A stretch of 64,000 bases of DNA, from positions 67,496 through 131,495 of IMG/VR virus record IMGVR_UViG_3300025536_000012. One strand, given 5' to 3'. The position numbers and the translations under genes are program-made. Source of the stretch: a virus. The stretch's first letter is position 1. Each line of letters starts with the position of its first letter. The notes beneath the pieces are model-generated. The model saw only the letters and a program-made list of their open reading frames with translations. It made no database searches and was not told the DNA's origin. Below are positions 33,485 through 42,955 of the stretch, piece after piece.

Positions 33485-33937
33485 TTGACTCCTGATTCGA
33501 AACAGTACATACAGTATGTACTGTTGAAGCAAAAACCCCTTCGTACCCGAAGAGTTGAACGTGGGCAATGCCCTATATGCGGGGGTTTGCCAGTTGTAGG
33601 ACAACTATGTTTGAAGGATTGGTTTAAAGCGGTTACTTCCAATCAAGATCTGCCCCGTTCTAAAGGCGAAGACCTTCAAAAATTGTGGGAGAAACAAGAT
33701 GGTCGATGCGCCTATACCGGGCAGATCTTAATTCCTGGTGGAAATGCAAGTATTGATCATATCATCCCGATAACTCGAGGCGGGACAAGCGTAATAGAGA
33801 ATTTGCAGTGGACTCTCTATGTTGTGAATCGCATGAAAACAAACATGCTGGACGACGAATTTTTATCGGCATGTCTTGCGGTCCTGAGGAAACGAGAGCC
33901 CTACGTCATTGAACCGCAATTCAGAGAGGTCAAATGA
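33485..33937 (+). CDS. HNH endonuclease
   Basis: 'CPICGG...CAYTGQ...IDHIIPITRGGTSVIENLQWTLYVVNRMKTN' HNH motif. Confidence 0.7.
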   Translation: MTPDSKQYIQYVLLKQKPLRTRRVERGQCPICGGLPVVGQLCLKDWFKAVTSNQDLPRSKGEDLQKLWEKQDGRCAYTGQILIPGGNASIDHIIPITRGGTSVIENLQWTLYVVNRMKTNMLDDEFLSACLAVLRKREPYVIEPQFREVK

Positions 33938-34260
33938 GCAGAAACCAGAAGGAAGGCAGTAACATCCCAATGCCTTGGGATGAAAATGCTACCCCCAGCA
34001 ACGTCATCCGTTGTCCAAAATGCGGTAACAACGGCATGGATGGCTCGATAACTGGCTTTTCCTCTCAGTATGGAATCTCCAGAAAATGTCTCAAGGATAA
34101 GTGCAATCACACCTGGTCCGGAGGCATCGGTGTTCAGATTGCCGACTTCTCCGAGCCCCCCGCAATCCCCGGAGTGGAGCGGAAGGAGGATCCACCTCTT
34201 GTCCAGTACACAGGTGGACAGTATCGTGACCCGAACAAGAACTTCGATGAGGACAAATGA
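33934..34260 (+). CDS. zinc-ribbon protein
   Basis: 'CPKCGNNG...CLKDKCNH' CxxC pairs. Confidence 0.45.
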   Translation: MSRNQKEGSNIPMPWDENATPSNVIRCPKCGNNGMDGSITGFSSQYGISRKCLKDKCNHTWSGGIGVQIADFSEPPAIPGVERKEDPPLVQYTGGQYRDPNKNFDEDK

Positions 34261-35222
34261 GCAACAAGGATAACAAGGGTCAGGTCGATTTCTCTCCTCC
34301 AGACGCGAGTGATTACGCTCGTCGAATCGCCGAGGCCAAGAAGAGCCATACACCGGTTGGTGGTGCAGAGATGCCAGCCATGCCTCGCCTCGATCAACCT
34401 CCCTCACAGAATCGACACGCGGGGGTTCAGCCTTCTCGAGGAGCTCCAAAGGCGATGAACCCGGCGGACTACTCCACGGCAGTTGCTACAGGACATGCGA
34501 TTCCTGGTGTTGGCGGAGCTTATGCAGTTAATCAGCCTCGAGGCTTCACTCCGCCTCCAAATCAACCAGCCGGTGGTCCTCCGATGGAGATGACGAGTCA
34601 AGATGGTCAACCAGTCAATCCTCCTCGTACAGAAGGCGGGCTTCGTGCAGAGACGCAAGAAGCTCTGAAGGCAGTCGCTCAGGCAAACGATCCTTCGGCC
34701 AAGACCCCTAACGGTGAAACAGAACTTGCGAAAGAGGATGCTGACTACCTGACCAAGCTCAGCAACGCTACGGATGACATCCTCCGCAACAAAGAGCGAC
34801 GCGACTACATCGAGAGCAGGATCGAAGACGAACTCAACTTCGAAGACCTTCTCTACCAGCAGGAGCTCCGGCAACGAGTTCCAATTCGGAAGAACTTCGT
34901 TCCGACCTTCCGTACACCGTCCGCCGCGGAAGACCTCTTCATCAAACGACTCATCGCCAAAGATGAGGCCACCTCCACGCAGTACATCATGGATCGGTTC
35001 GCCACCATGGGTCTTGTGGCAGGGCTATTCGCAATCAATGGGAAGCCTCTCCCAGATCATCTCGATGACAAGAAGAACCCAGATGAGAAACGCTTCCAGG
35101 AGAAGTACGATCTAGTCACTAAGTATCCACTTGTGATCTTGGCTGACCTCAGCGCCAACTTCGTTTGGTTCGAAGAGCGTGTTCGCAAGCTGATGTCTCT
35201 CGAGGTGATCCGGAATTTCTAG
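34257..35222 (+). CDS. hypothetical protein with Pro/Gly-rich N-terminal half
   Basis: 321-aa ORF with 4-nt overlap to the previous gene. Confidence 0.55.
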   Translation: MSNKDNKGQVDFSPPDASDYARRIAEAKKSHTPVGGAEMPAMPRLDQPPSQNRHAGVQPSRGAPKAMNPADYSTAVATGHAIPGVGGAYAVNQPRGFTPPPNQPAGGPPMEMTSQDGQPVNPPRTEGGLRAETQEALKAVAQANDPSAKTPNGETELAKEDADYLTKLSNATDDILRNKERRDYIESRIEDELNFEDLLYQQELRQRVPIRKNFVPTFRTPSAAEDLFIKRLIAKDEATSTQYIMDRFATMGLVAGLFAINGKPLPDHLDDKKNPDEKRFQEKYDLVTKYPLVILADLSANFVWFEERVRKLMSLEVIRNF

Positions 35223-35251
35223 GTACTTCATTGGGATGGGCGCGAGCCAAC

Positions 35252-35704
35252 ATGGCCTACGACCAATGGAACCGCGGAACGCTTCCAGAGATTGGCTCCC
35301 CAATGGAGATGATCTTCCTCGTTGTGTGGAAGATGCGTCAGAACATCGAATTTCAGAAGACTCGAGTACTAGTTCAAGCCCAGATGAGTCAACAGGGAGT
35401 AGAGGGCAAGCTAATCGAGAAGGCCTACGAAGACTTGCGTGGAGCCTACTTTCCATTCGAGAAGACGCAACGCGAGGAGACGATCGACCAGCTACGCAAA
35501 GCTTTGCACAAGGAGATCGCACGGGGCGGCTTGGTCATCAAACCACAGATAGATATGACCAGATCTCAGATGCGGCAGAAGTTGAACCGCGGAGCCCACA
35601 TCCTGAGTCAGAGAGCAGACCTTCTTCGGGAAGGTCGCCTGAAATCGATCGATCGGGGCACCCCATTCACAGCAGCGAAGAGACGCCCAAGAACTGCTTC
35701 CTAG
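35252..35704 (+). CDS. hypothetical protein
   Basis: ORF 35165..35704 trimmed to 'MAYDQWNRG'; the alternative 35236..35838 frame is Arg/Ser-rich and rejected. Confidence 0.45.
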   Translation: MAYDQWNRGTLPEIGSPMEMIFLVVWKMRQNIEFQKTRVLVQAQMSQQGVEGKLIEKAYEDLRGAYFPFEKTQREETIDQLRKALHKEIARGGLVIKPQIDMTRSQMRQKLNRGAHILSQRADLLREGRLKSIDRGTPFTAAKRRPRTAS

Positions 35705-35750
35705 ACAAGACCAGGCCTTGTGGTGCTGACTGCACAGCCTTCGATCCGTA

Positions 35751-36260
35751 TTGGAAAACGCAGCACTGTTCTATTCTTCGAGCTCTCAAGGTCACAACAA
35801 CCCCTTCACAGCCCATGCCTCCCAAGGTGAAACCGTGAAACCACAGATCTTAGTGACTGGAGTTCGAGAGTCCTTTTCAGTTACCTGCGCCACACCTCTT
35901 GAGCGACTTACAGAGGTGAATTCATCGAACTCGCCTCTACTAACGAAGGGAAACAAGGTCGAGCGCTGGTTGATTTTCAATGACGGAGCATTCGAGCTTC
36001 CTTGTGGAGAGAAGGAATATGAACAGCTCCTTCGTTACCTCTACTCTCAACAAGAACCTCTACGTAAAGCGGAAGTGGTTCCGATCAAGAAACTGGCAGT
36101 TCTCCCAACGCTTCCACAAGAAGTTCCAGAAGGAGCTCAAGTCTTCTCGGCTACCGATGATCCACCCCCTCCTCCAGAAGAGGAGGAAGAGGACGACGGA
36201 GATGATACTGATTGGGCCGGAGAAACTGACGACGCGGAGGATGGGGTTGGTCAGTTGTGA
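35751..36260 (+). CDS. hypothetical protein with acidic C-terminus
   Basis: 169-aa ORF; an alternative GTG start at 35835 follows an RBS-like AAGGTGA. Confidence 0.45.
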   Translation: MENAALFYSSSSQGHNNPFTAHASQGETVKPQILVTGVRESFSVTCATPLERLTEVNSSNSPLLTKGNKVERWLIFNDGAFELPCGEKEYEQLLRYLYSQQEPLRKAEVVPIKKLAVLPTLPQEVPEGAQVFSATDDPPPPPEEEEEDDGDDTDWAGETDDAEDGVGQL

Positions 36261-36667
36261 ACCTCAACTACGTCTGCAAATACGAATCTATTGTCTACCA
36301 GACGCAGGCCTACGGTAGAGATGCTCGTCTTCTTTCCATCTGGATCAACTGCCCGACCTGTGGTTCGGAGATCACTCTTCTAGAGCTTCCTCCAATAGCC
36401 TTCAAGGTCGTTCGACTCAGTCCGGAAGAGCTCTTCAAAGCTTCTCAAGGCAATGGTCTACCGCATGAAAAGGTCCTGACCGAAGACAACATTACCCGCA
36501 TCCTTATCGACGGAAAGATCGTTGGCGTGGATCTTGACGATCCTACGCCACAAAGAGTCATCCTCAATGCTCTTGTAGTGGAGTACGAAGGCAAGACTCT
36601 ACGCATGCATTTCGGAGTTTCAAATAAGGGTGCAGCCCTCTTCAAGATCGTTACGGAGGTGAAGTGA
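36257..36667 (+). CDS. hypothetical protein
   Basis: 136-aa ORF with 4-nt overlap. Confidence 0.45.
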   Translation: MNLNYVCKYESIVYQTQAYGRDARLLSIWINCPTCGSEITLLELPPIAFKVVRLSPEELFKASQGNGLPHEKVLTEDNITRILIDGKIVGVDLDDPTPQRVILNALVVEYEGKTLRMHFGVSNKGAALFKIVTEVK

Positions 36668-36984
36668 TGTTGAATCCGACCACAGACCTATCTGGGTTGG
36701 CTGAACAGCTATGTCGTGTCGAGCACAAGCTCGATTTGATCATCCGTTTTTTAGCTATCAACAGTCCAGCATTCGAGCTCATTAAGATAAAGGATGGTGT
36801 AGATCCCATCACCCACGAACCGGTCACCTATCAGATGGATCTTATGAGACGTCACGTAATACGACTTTCGACTGATGGGACAGGATTGATTCCACCATCA
36901 TCAGTCCTCTTCAATCAACCTCAGAACAACCAATCACCAGGAAGCAGCAACAATGGCGGAAATGAAGGCGGAAATGTCGGTTAG
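36664..36984 (+). CDS. hypothetical protein
   Basis: 106-aa ORF. Confidence 0.45.
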   Translation: MMLNPTTDLSGLAEQLCRVEHKLDLIIRFLAINSPAFELIKIKDGVDPITHEPVTYQMDLMRRHVIRLSTDGTGLIPPSSVLFNQPQNNQSPGSSNNGGNEGGNVG

Positions 36985-37222
36985 CCAGGTCGGAGATAGC
37001 AACTCCAAGATCGGACAGCACAAGAGCGTCCGTGTACTCAAAGACATCTCGACGGTTCTGGTCGAGTTTGTCGACAAGGACGGCACCAAGCAAACCAAGC
37101 TTGCCTTCATCATTGCCGGAGAGGTTCGCTTCATCTCCGAAGATGCCCTCTCCGGACCTGTCACGAAGTGGCTATCCGATCAAATCCTGATTGCTTTGGG
37201 GATGACCCCCAAGAAGGACTAA
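36953..37222 (+). CDS. hypothetical protein
   Basis: 89-aa ORF. Confidence 0.45.
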   Translation: MAEMKAEMSVSQVGDSNSKIGQHKSVRVLKDISTVLVEFVDKDGTKQTKLAFIIAGEVRFISEDALSGPVTKWLSDQILIALGMTPKKD

Positions 37223-37223
37223 C

Positions 37224-37601
37224 ATGGACAACATGATGATGGGTAACCCACTGGGAGAAGTACATTGGAAAACCGTCCACCCATATGGAAAATGGTTGAT
37301 GGTCAAGGCTGATCCTCGTGTGAAGAAGACGGCCGGAGGTATTCACCTTACGGATGAGCTCGTCGCTGTAGAACGTGTGATGGAGGGAACAGGAAGGATC
37401 CTCGCTCAGGGATCAGAAGTTCGGCAAGAGGAAGACATCAACGTAGGGGATCGTGTTGCCTACCGAGGTTTTCTCAAGGATGTCAGTCGTGGTTACATTG
37501 CTAGGGAGGACGATTGCGACATCTTTCTCATTCGAGTCGAGGATCTGATCGCGGTGATTGGGGAAGGTGTGACCATGGGAGCTTTCTCGAGCGCGGCGTG
37601 A
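37224..37601 (+). CDS. groES: GroES-like co-chaperonin (Hsp10)
   Basis: 'WLMVKADPRVKKTAGGIHLTDE', 'NVGDRVAYRGF' and 'DIFLIRVEDLIAVI' follow the cpn10 pattern; RBS AAGGA upstream. Confidence 0.7.
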   Translation: MDNMMMGNPLGEVHWKTVHPYGKWLMVKADPRVKKTAGGIHLTDELVAVERVMEGTGRILAQGSEVRQEEDINVGDRVAYRGFLKDVSRGYIAREDDCDIFLIRVEDLIAVIGEGVTMGAFSSAA

Positions 37602-37972
37602 CTTCTGGACTGTCAGAGGCAGAGCCTGTTTTATCGACCATCGATAACATCCTGGCGAGGCGCCGAATCCTCGGACTTGTAATGGAGGATGGAGGAATTC
37701 CTCAAGCAGTCTACGATTTCAAGGACTCCCAACACTTCCTCTCGGACGGACTTCTACACGTCATCCTCAACTTCTTCCTACCTACTGAACGAAAGGTCCA
37801 ACGGCAGAGCGCGGTCATCGGCGGAGATCTCCATCTCAACATCCATATCTGGGTCATGCCGTTTCACGTCGCTGGGAAACCTTCCATAGTCAAACGAGAG
37901 TCAAGGGTTGGGATCTACGAAGTCCACGTCATTGCGCCTCTCAAGGAAGACCTGACCGGGATCATCTGGTGA
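37598..37972 (+). CDS. hypothetical protein (GTG start overlapping the groES stop)
   Basis: the in-frame GTG at 37598 forms a GTGA overlap with the groES TGA; the ORF continues to 37972. Confidence 0.4.
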   Translation: MTSGLSEAEPVLSTIDNILARRRILGLVMEDGGIPQAVYDFKDSQHFLSDGLLHVILNFFLPTERKVQRQSAVIGGDLHLNIHIWVMPFHVAGKPSIVKRESRVGIYEVHVIAPLKEDLTGIIW

Positions 37973-37975
37973 AAT

Positions 37976-38137
37976 ATGCCGACGAAGGACAAGACATCCA
38001 AGAGAGTTCGAAAGAACTTCCGCCTGCCTCCAGATCTCGCTACCTGGATCGACGCCTTCGCTCGGCGCAAGAATACGAACATGACGCAAATCATTATCGA
38101 CTACTTCACAGATCTACGAAAAAGGAATGAAGCGTGA
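37976..38137 (+). CDS. ribbon-helix-helix (Arc/CopG-like) DNA-binding protein, 53 aa
   Basis: own translation gives MPTKDKTSKRVRKNFRLPPDLATWIDAFARRKNTNMTQIIIDYFTDLRKRNEA; too short for the supplied ORF track. Confidence 0.45.
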   Translation: MPTKDKTSKRVRKNFRLPPDLATWIDAFARRKNTNMTQIIIDYFTDLRKRNEA

Positions 38138-38634
38138 TCCTTATCAAGGACAAGATCCCCCTCGTAGGTATGGACGAAGAGTCGATTCAGAAGGCCGTCA
38201 GCATGGTTCTCAAGAACGCGAACGTGATCAAGTTCAGCGTGGACTCAAGGACCAGCACGGTAGATTTCTGGAGAATGCCAAATGAGCAGGACTCCGAGCT
38301 CTTGGAAGTAGCCCATCCCTTCAGAGCCAAGCTCAAAGAAGTGCAGATGGAGGAGTATGTTCCAGAACCAACTCTCTCGAGCCATGAACAGTTGTTCGAG
38401 ATGTTCGAGATGCTGGAAGACGCTGGTTGTTTCCCCGTCTTCATCCTTAGCGGCCGAACCTATGTGAATCTCAGGAAGTGGATCTCGTTTCCTCGGAAGT
38501 CCACCAGATTAGCCGGCATTCCAATTACTATCGATCCTGATCTCCCAGAAGACAATTTACTTATCTGTGGAGCCAAGACCAAAGATGCCGAACCTATCGA
38601 CGTCTTGTACGTCGTGAAGATGACTCTTCCATGA
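38134..38634 (+). CDS. hypothetical protein
   Basis: 166-aa ORF; its GTG start overlaps the RHH stop (GTGA). Confidence 0.5.
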   Translation: MILIKDKIPLVGMDEESIQKAVSMVLKNANVIKFSVDSRTSTVDFWRMPNEQDSELLEVAHPFRAKLKEVQMEEYVPEPTLSSHEQLFEMFEMLEDAGCFPVFILSGRTYVNLRKWISFPRKSTRLAGIPITIDPDLPEDNLLICGAKTKDAEPIDVLYVVKMTLP

Positions 38635-39116
38635 AGCCAATCAGCCAGAAAGTAATCGAAGCCGGTTTGATCCCGAAGCACACCTTGCTGCTGTTCAAGA
38701 GGTGGGGATATCTAGACCCCGAAGATACGAACCTTCCAGAAGAGGGCCCAGAGGCCGCCAAAGGAGAGCAACTAAAGCAGGGCTTCACTAGGTTCGTGGA
38801 AGAGCTCGATACCCTTCTCGAGCAGAAGGCCGAAGAAGAGATCAAGGAGACCAGGTTCTCCATCACCCTCAAAGATCCTCGTTCCGTGAAATGGTTGAGA
38901 GAAGACAAGCACGGTAACTATGTGGAGATGGGAGATTGGACGGTTGTTGTGTTCTCTGATGAGGCTGGCAGATTGATCTTCCCCCCTTCAGATAATCCAG
39001 CCAACTGCCGCTTCCGCATCATAGCTACCAAAGAGCGAATGGAAGTCACGTCCTGCACACCACTTTGGCACGGCGACACTTTGTACGCATATCAAGTCGA
39101 AGCCGAGCCCTTCTAG
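38631..39116 (+). CDS. hypothetical protein
   Basis: 161-aa ORF with 4-nt overlap. Confidence 0.5.
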   Translation: MKPISQKVIEAGLIPKHTLLLFKRWGYLDPEDTNLPEEGPEAAKGEQLKQGFTRFVEELDTLLEQKAEEEIKETRFSITLKDPRSVKWLREDKHGNYVEMGDWTVVVFSDEAGRLIFPPSDNPANCRFRIIATKERMEVTSCTPLWHGDTLYAYQVEAEPF

Positions 39117-39124
39117 GAGCAATC

Positions 39125-39373
39125 ATGCCTCACTGCGAAAGCTGTCACGTGCAACCTCCGGCGGTCGAACTTCACATACAGCCAGTCACCAACAAGGTGG
39201 TTTGTGCTGCCTGTGATCCGGAGGTCCTCCCCGCGGGTACTGTTCTTGGTCGAGAGTTCGACTACGACGTTTCGTATTCCAGAAAGGATGGTCTCAGAGC
39301 TAGCGCTAGCCTGGGCAAAGCAAGCATCGCCGTGCACATCCCTCAGGAAGAGATCATCAAGGTAATCGGGTGA
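39125..39373 (+). CDS. zinc-ribbon protein
   Basis: 'MPHCESCHV...CAACDPE'; ORF 39065..39373 trimmed to this Met. Confidence 0.4.
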   Translation: MPHCESCHVQPPAVELHIQPVTNKVVCAACDPEVLPAGTVLGREFDYDVSYSRKDGLRASASLGKASIAVHIPQEEIIKVIG

Positions 39374-39705
39374 ACGCTGTGGGTGAGGAACGCCGGCTCA
39401 GTCTGCGAACGTTAGTTCGTCAGAAGGAGGAGATCGAAAAAGATCTTCGAGCCTTCAAGACGTCCTATGATGTTCTGCGTTCTCGACTGTCCGAGGCAGC
39501 AGAAATCAAAGATGTTCCTTCACTCACCAACTGGTCCGGAACGAATGCCGTGATGGGATCTCTCGAGCTCTCCATCACATCTCTCGAGAAAGAGTTGGCC
39601 GACTATACAAAGGCCATCTACCTCGTTCAGAATGGCGAGATTGCCAATGTGGATGATGACATACCGAAGCCGCCAGTCCTGAAGCTGGTACCCGAGGAAC
39701 AATGA
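39370..39705 (+). CDS. hypothetical coiled-coil protein
   Basis: 111-aa ORF. Confidence 0.45.
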   Translation: MNAVGEERRLSLRTLVRQKEEIEKDLRAFKTSYDVLRSRLSEAAEIKDVPSLTNWSGTNAVMGSLELSITSLEKELADYTKAIYLVQNGEIANVDDDIPKPPVLKLVPEEQ

Positions 39706-40343
39706 CCGCGCTATCTCTCCAATTGGCTGAAGCTCTCAATGAGCTCCCTTTCGTTCAAGCTCTCGAACACGAACAGGCTGGCAATGCCCTCAACGTTCTG
39801 TGTCGAGTTAAGCCTGGCTCAGGAGTTCTGTGGGCATCTCTCGCCGAGCACATTCTCCGAGAAGCTAGCCTTCGAGAAGGTAAGCCGGAGCAATGGCATA
39901 CCCATATCGCTCGTTTGTACATGCTTCGTGAAGGCAAACTGGTTTACGGATGGGTCTTTGTCATTCAATCGGCTGATGTCGTGAAGACGGCTCCGGTCGT
40001 TGTGGACCTCATCCTACGGTTCATCAAAGCGATTCAGATCCAGGAGAAAGCTTCTCGATCTACCCAGCACCGTCGAGATAATGACGACTACGATCAGCCA
40101 GAAGAGATCGAGGAAGATAATGACTACTCGGAACCCGAGACTCCTATGCCCAAGGGCTATGTTCCAGAAGCCGATGAGAAGGGTAACCCCATCGTTCCTC
40201 GAGAACATCGAGTGAAGACCATCCAAATGGCCGGGCTCCCCAAGGACTTCGATCGCAACGCACCAGATCCGGAAAAGCGTAAGGGGTCTTGGAGTATCGA
40301 GAGTAGAAAGGGTAAACCTTTCCGTCCACCGGTCAGGGGGTAA
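39702..40343 (+). CDS. hypothetical protein with acidic segment
   Basis: 213-aa ORF. Confidence 0.5.
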   Translation: MTALSLQLAEALNELPFVQALEHEQAGNALNVLCRVKPGSGVLWASLAEHILREASLREGKPEQWHTHIARLYMLREGKLVYGWVFVIQSADVVKTAPVVVDLILRFIKAIQIQEKASRSTQHRRDNDDYDQPEEIEEDNDYSEPETPMPKGYVPEADEKGNPIVPREHRVKTIQMAGLPKDFDRNAPDPEKRKGSWSIESRKGKPFRPPVRG

Positions 40344-40345
40344 CA

Positions 40346-40981
40346 ATGGAGAGCGACAAAGATTTCGATCCGACCAAGATCACAGATCCCGCTGTACGTA
40401 GAGCATACGAGGCATCCAAGACCAAACGTCTGGATGCAGCAACTCAGAAGAAGATCGACGACGCCACTATCAAGGCGAAGTTCAAGATCGAGATCAAGTT
40501 CCGAGGCGACCGCAAGATATTCGGTGACAACTCCATCGGCTGGCAGGTCTACGAATCGGGTAAACATCTCCATGGCGGTGGAGACGAGCTCGTCTACTGG
40601 TGCATCTCTCGAAAAACAGATGGCCAGGGCTGCGGAGCTCCAATCATCGGTAGTAATATCATCCAGGGGGTCGCCCTCTGTACGTCCTGTCACAAGCAAA
40701 TCAATGCTTCGATGTTGACCTCCAACTTCGTCATCAAGATGACCATCCCGAAGTTGGCTTCTGAGACCGCCAAACTGTGGCGAAAACTCGAAGGAAGTGC
40801 TGACATCTATTGCAAATACAGCCGGGAGGACATCCGCTACAAAATCATGGAACAGGACGTGGGAGCGCAGAAGGCTAGAGAGCTCCAAGGTCTGTTCATC
40901 TATCCACTCGCCAACATCATCAAGGACACTTCCGCTGGATCTCCGATAGAATCCAGGCTCGAGGCTTTCTTCAAGGCGTGA
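40346..40981 (+). CDS. hypothetical protein
   Basis: 211-aa ORF. Confidence 0.5.
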   Translation: MESDKDFDPTKITDPAVRRAYEASKTKRLDAATQKKIDDATIKAKFKIEIKFRGDRKIFGDNSIGWQVYESGKHLHGGGDELVYWCISRKTDGQGCGAPIIGSNIIQGVALCTSCHKQINASMLTSNFVIKMTIPKLASETAKLWRKLEGSADIYCKYSREDIRYKIMEQDVGAQKARELQGLFIYPLANIIKDTSAGSPIESRLEAFFKA

Positions 40982-40985
40982 CCAA

Positions 40986-41591
40986 ATGATTGAAGGCGTC
41001 AAGATTCAGCGAAAAGACCAGGACTTCCTGGATGAACACTTTAGTATCACCCCCAAGTGGGATGACTTTCACAAGAAGTTGAAGAACAAGTCGTTCGTGA
41101 CTGCTGTCCAATCCGATACCCGCACAAACGACAAGCTGAAAGCCTTCGTCTCCTCTGTCTCCATGCGAGAACAATCGAAGGGTCCCTCCGTAAAGGCTCC
41201 TTCCGATGTTTCTGGATCGTACAAAGTCAAGTACCATCCAGACCACGATCGATTCTCGTGTACCTGTCCAGACTGGACGTTCAAAAGATCTGTTACGGGA
41301 TCGGACTGCAAACACATCTCTCGACTCAAGACCGATTCCAAGGAGTCCCTGATGAACAAGACCAAGGAAGCCAACTTTGGCACCGCTGCCGACGTCATGT
41401 TCCGGGTCGGTAGAGCAGTCAACAAAGAGAAGAAGGATCTGAATACCGCCGCCAATCTCAAGGCGGAGAACCAGATCTACAGTCAGGCCTACCCCCAGCA
41501 GAGCTTCATCCAAGCCTTCCTGAAAAAGGCCGAGTGGGATGAAATGGCAAAGAAATTGGCTCATGCTGCCAGGCGGTTACTCACCCCCTAA
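40986..41591 (+). CDS. SWIM zinc-finger protein
   Basis: 'FSCTCPDWTFKRSVTGSDCKHI' follows the CxCx(n)CxH SWIM pattern. Confidence 0.55.
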   Translation: MIEGVKIQRKDQDFLDEHFSITPKWDDFHKKLKNKSFVTAVQSDTRTNDKLKAFVSSVSMREQSKGPSVKAPSDVSGSYKVKYHPDHDRFSCTCPDWTFKRSVTGSDCKHISRLKTDSKESLMNKTKEANFGTAADVMFRVGRAVNKEKKDLNTAANLKAENQIYSQAYPQQSFIQAFLKKAEWDEMAKKLAHAARRLLTP

Positions 41592-41835
41592 GAATCACGG
41601 GCGGGGTCTTCTCCTTTGCCCTACCTGAACCCCATCTGCGAACTCGACGCTTCACCGGGTCCAGGTGATCCTGCATGCAGTACCGCTCCCTTATCACTGC
41701 CAAAGAGGAAATTTGCCGACCTTTAAAGACCAGCAAAGTCTACTAACCAGCACCCAGCATCAGCTGGCCGTGTGGGAGGCGCTATTCAAGTTTCTCGATG
41801 AGAAGTTTGTTGCCCACGAAGGTGGGAAACCGCAG

Positions 41836-41997
41836 ATGGCCATCCAAGCGCATGACTGTCTGATCCCCATCGTTCCGGAAGACGTGATTGAAGACGTCCT
41901 CCGATCTGTGTCCGAGGAGAAGATCGCTCCGCTCAGGAAGGCTCTCCAAGACATCAACAATCAAGAAGTGGTCGTTATGCCAGCTGGAGGAAACTGA
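41836..41997 (+). CDS. small hypothetical protein
   Basis: RBS AAGGTGGG precedes the Met of 'MAIQAHDCLIP' inside ORF 41665..41997. Confidence 0.3.
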   Translation: MAIQAHDCLIPIVPEDVIEDVLRSVSEEKIAPLRKALQDINNQEVVVMPAGGN

Positions 41998-42575
41998 TGG
42001 GCGTCTCGAAGGAAGATTTCAAAGCATTGGAACACAGAATGGCCGTGTTAGAGGGTCAGCTCAACACCCGAATCGATACGGTTCGAAACGGACTTCAGTC
42101 GATCTCGGTTGGTGTAGCTCAGAACCTTGCTGCCCTCAAAGCCAACCTCGATGTGAATGCCGATGGTCTCGAGCAGCTCGACATCTTCAATCGAATCTGG
42201 GCGAAGGTCCTCATTCGGTCGTCGATGCGCCAAGCCCAGTTCCAGTACCTGATCGACAACAATCTCAAGCTCGAGGAGCTTAAAGATAACGACCTCGCTG
42301 TCATCAAGGAACAAGGGAATGAGTGGTTCGAGGCAACCTTTGTGGCCATGAAGGCGGAAGTTGTCGAGGAGCGTGAGGCGTATCTCAAAGAGCTCCGAGC
42401 CAAGGCTGCTGAGATCCAGTCAGAGCAAGAGAAGGCAGCCAAGGAAGCGGAACAGGCAAAGAAAGAGGGCGAGGTTGCCGAAGAGGCTCTTCGTGGAGCT
42501 GGACAGGGCATCGCCGCTCTTGGAGGACACGGTTCAGAAATTCCGGCCGGTGTTCAAGTCTTCGGAGGAGAATGA
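41997..42575 (+). CDS. coiled-coil protein (possible scaffolding-type)
   Basis: 192 aa, Ala/Glu/Lys-rich heptad-like sequence. Confidence 0.45.
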   Translation: MGVSKEDFKALEHRMAVLEGQLNTRIDTVRNGLQSISVGVAQNLAALKANLDVNADGLEQLDIFNRIWAKVLIRSSMRQAQFQYLIDNNLKLEELKDNDLAVIKEQGNEWFEATFVAMKAEVVEEREAYLKELRAKAAEIQSEQEKAAKEAEQAKKEGEVAEEALRGAGQGIAALGGHGSEIPAGVQVFGGE

Positions 42576-42781
42576 TCATGGCTACCACCAAGAATCGCGT
42601 CATCAACGGAACCAAGGCAGCCAAGCAGAACGTCACCGTTCTCAAGGCTGTGGGCAACAACATCAAGAAGATCCGTTGCCCGAAGTGCAAACAACAGGCT
42701 CACCCAGCGCCGAACGGCAAGGGAGGTAGTTTGTTGAAGTGCCCAGGTTGTGGCCTGAGCTTTACGATGCAGGCGATGTAA
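42572..42781 (+). CDS. zinc-ribbon protein
   Basis: 'CPKCKQQAH...CPGCGLSF'. Confidence 0.45.
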   Translation: MIMATTKNRVINGTKAAKQNVTVLKAVGNNIKKIRCPKCKQQAHPAPNGKGGSLLKCPGCGLSFTMQAM

Positions 42782-42955
42782 CTACTTCCCCAGTAACTGG
42801 GCGATGACTGCCATGATCACGAAGACGATGTAGACAGTCAGTAGTACAACGGAGAACCCCGACCGACTAATCAGGGCGATGCCTGTGATCACTGCTCCGA
42901 GGTAGAAGAGTTCTCGCCAGCCGAACAGTGTCTTCTCAGACGTCGAGTTTCTCAT
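42782..42955 (-). CDS. small two-TM membrane protein (holin-like topology), 57 aa
   Basis: own translation gives MRNSTSEKTLFGWRELFYLGAVITGIALISRSGFSVVLLTVYIVFVIMAVIAQLLGK; not in the supplied ORF track. Confidence 0.35.
   Translation of the reverse strand: MRNSTSEKTLFGWRELFYLGAVITGIALISRSGFSVVLLTVYIVFVIMAVIAQLLGK

Noticed and set aside
35236-35838. 200-aa plus ORF
   Set aside because: Arg/Ser-rich alternative frame covering two better ORFs (35252..35704 and the start of 35751..36260).
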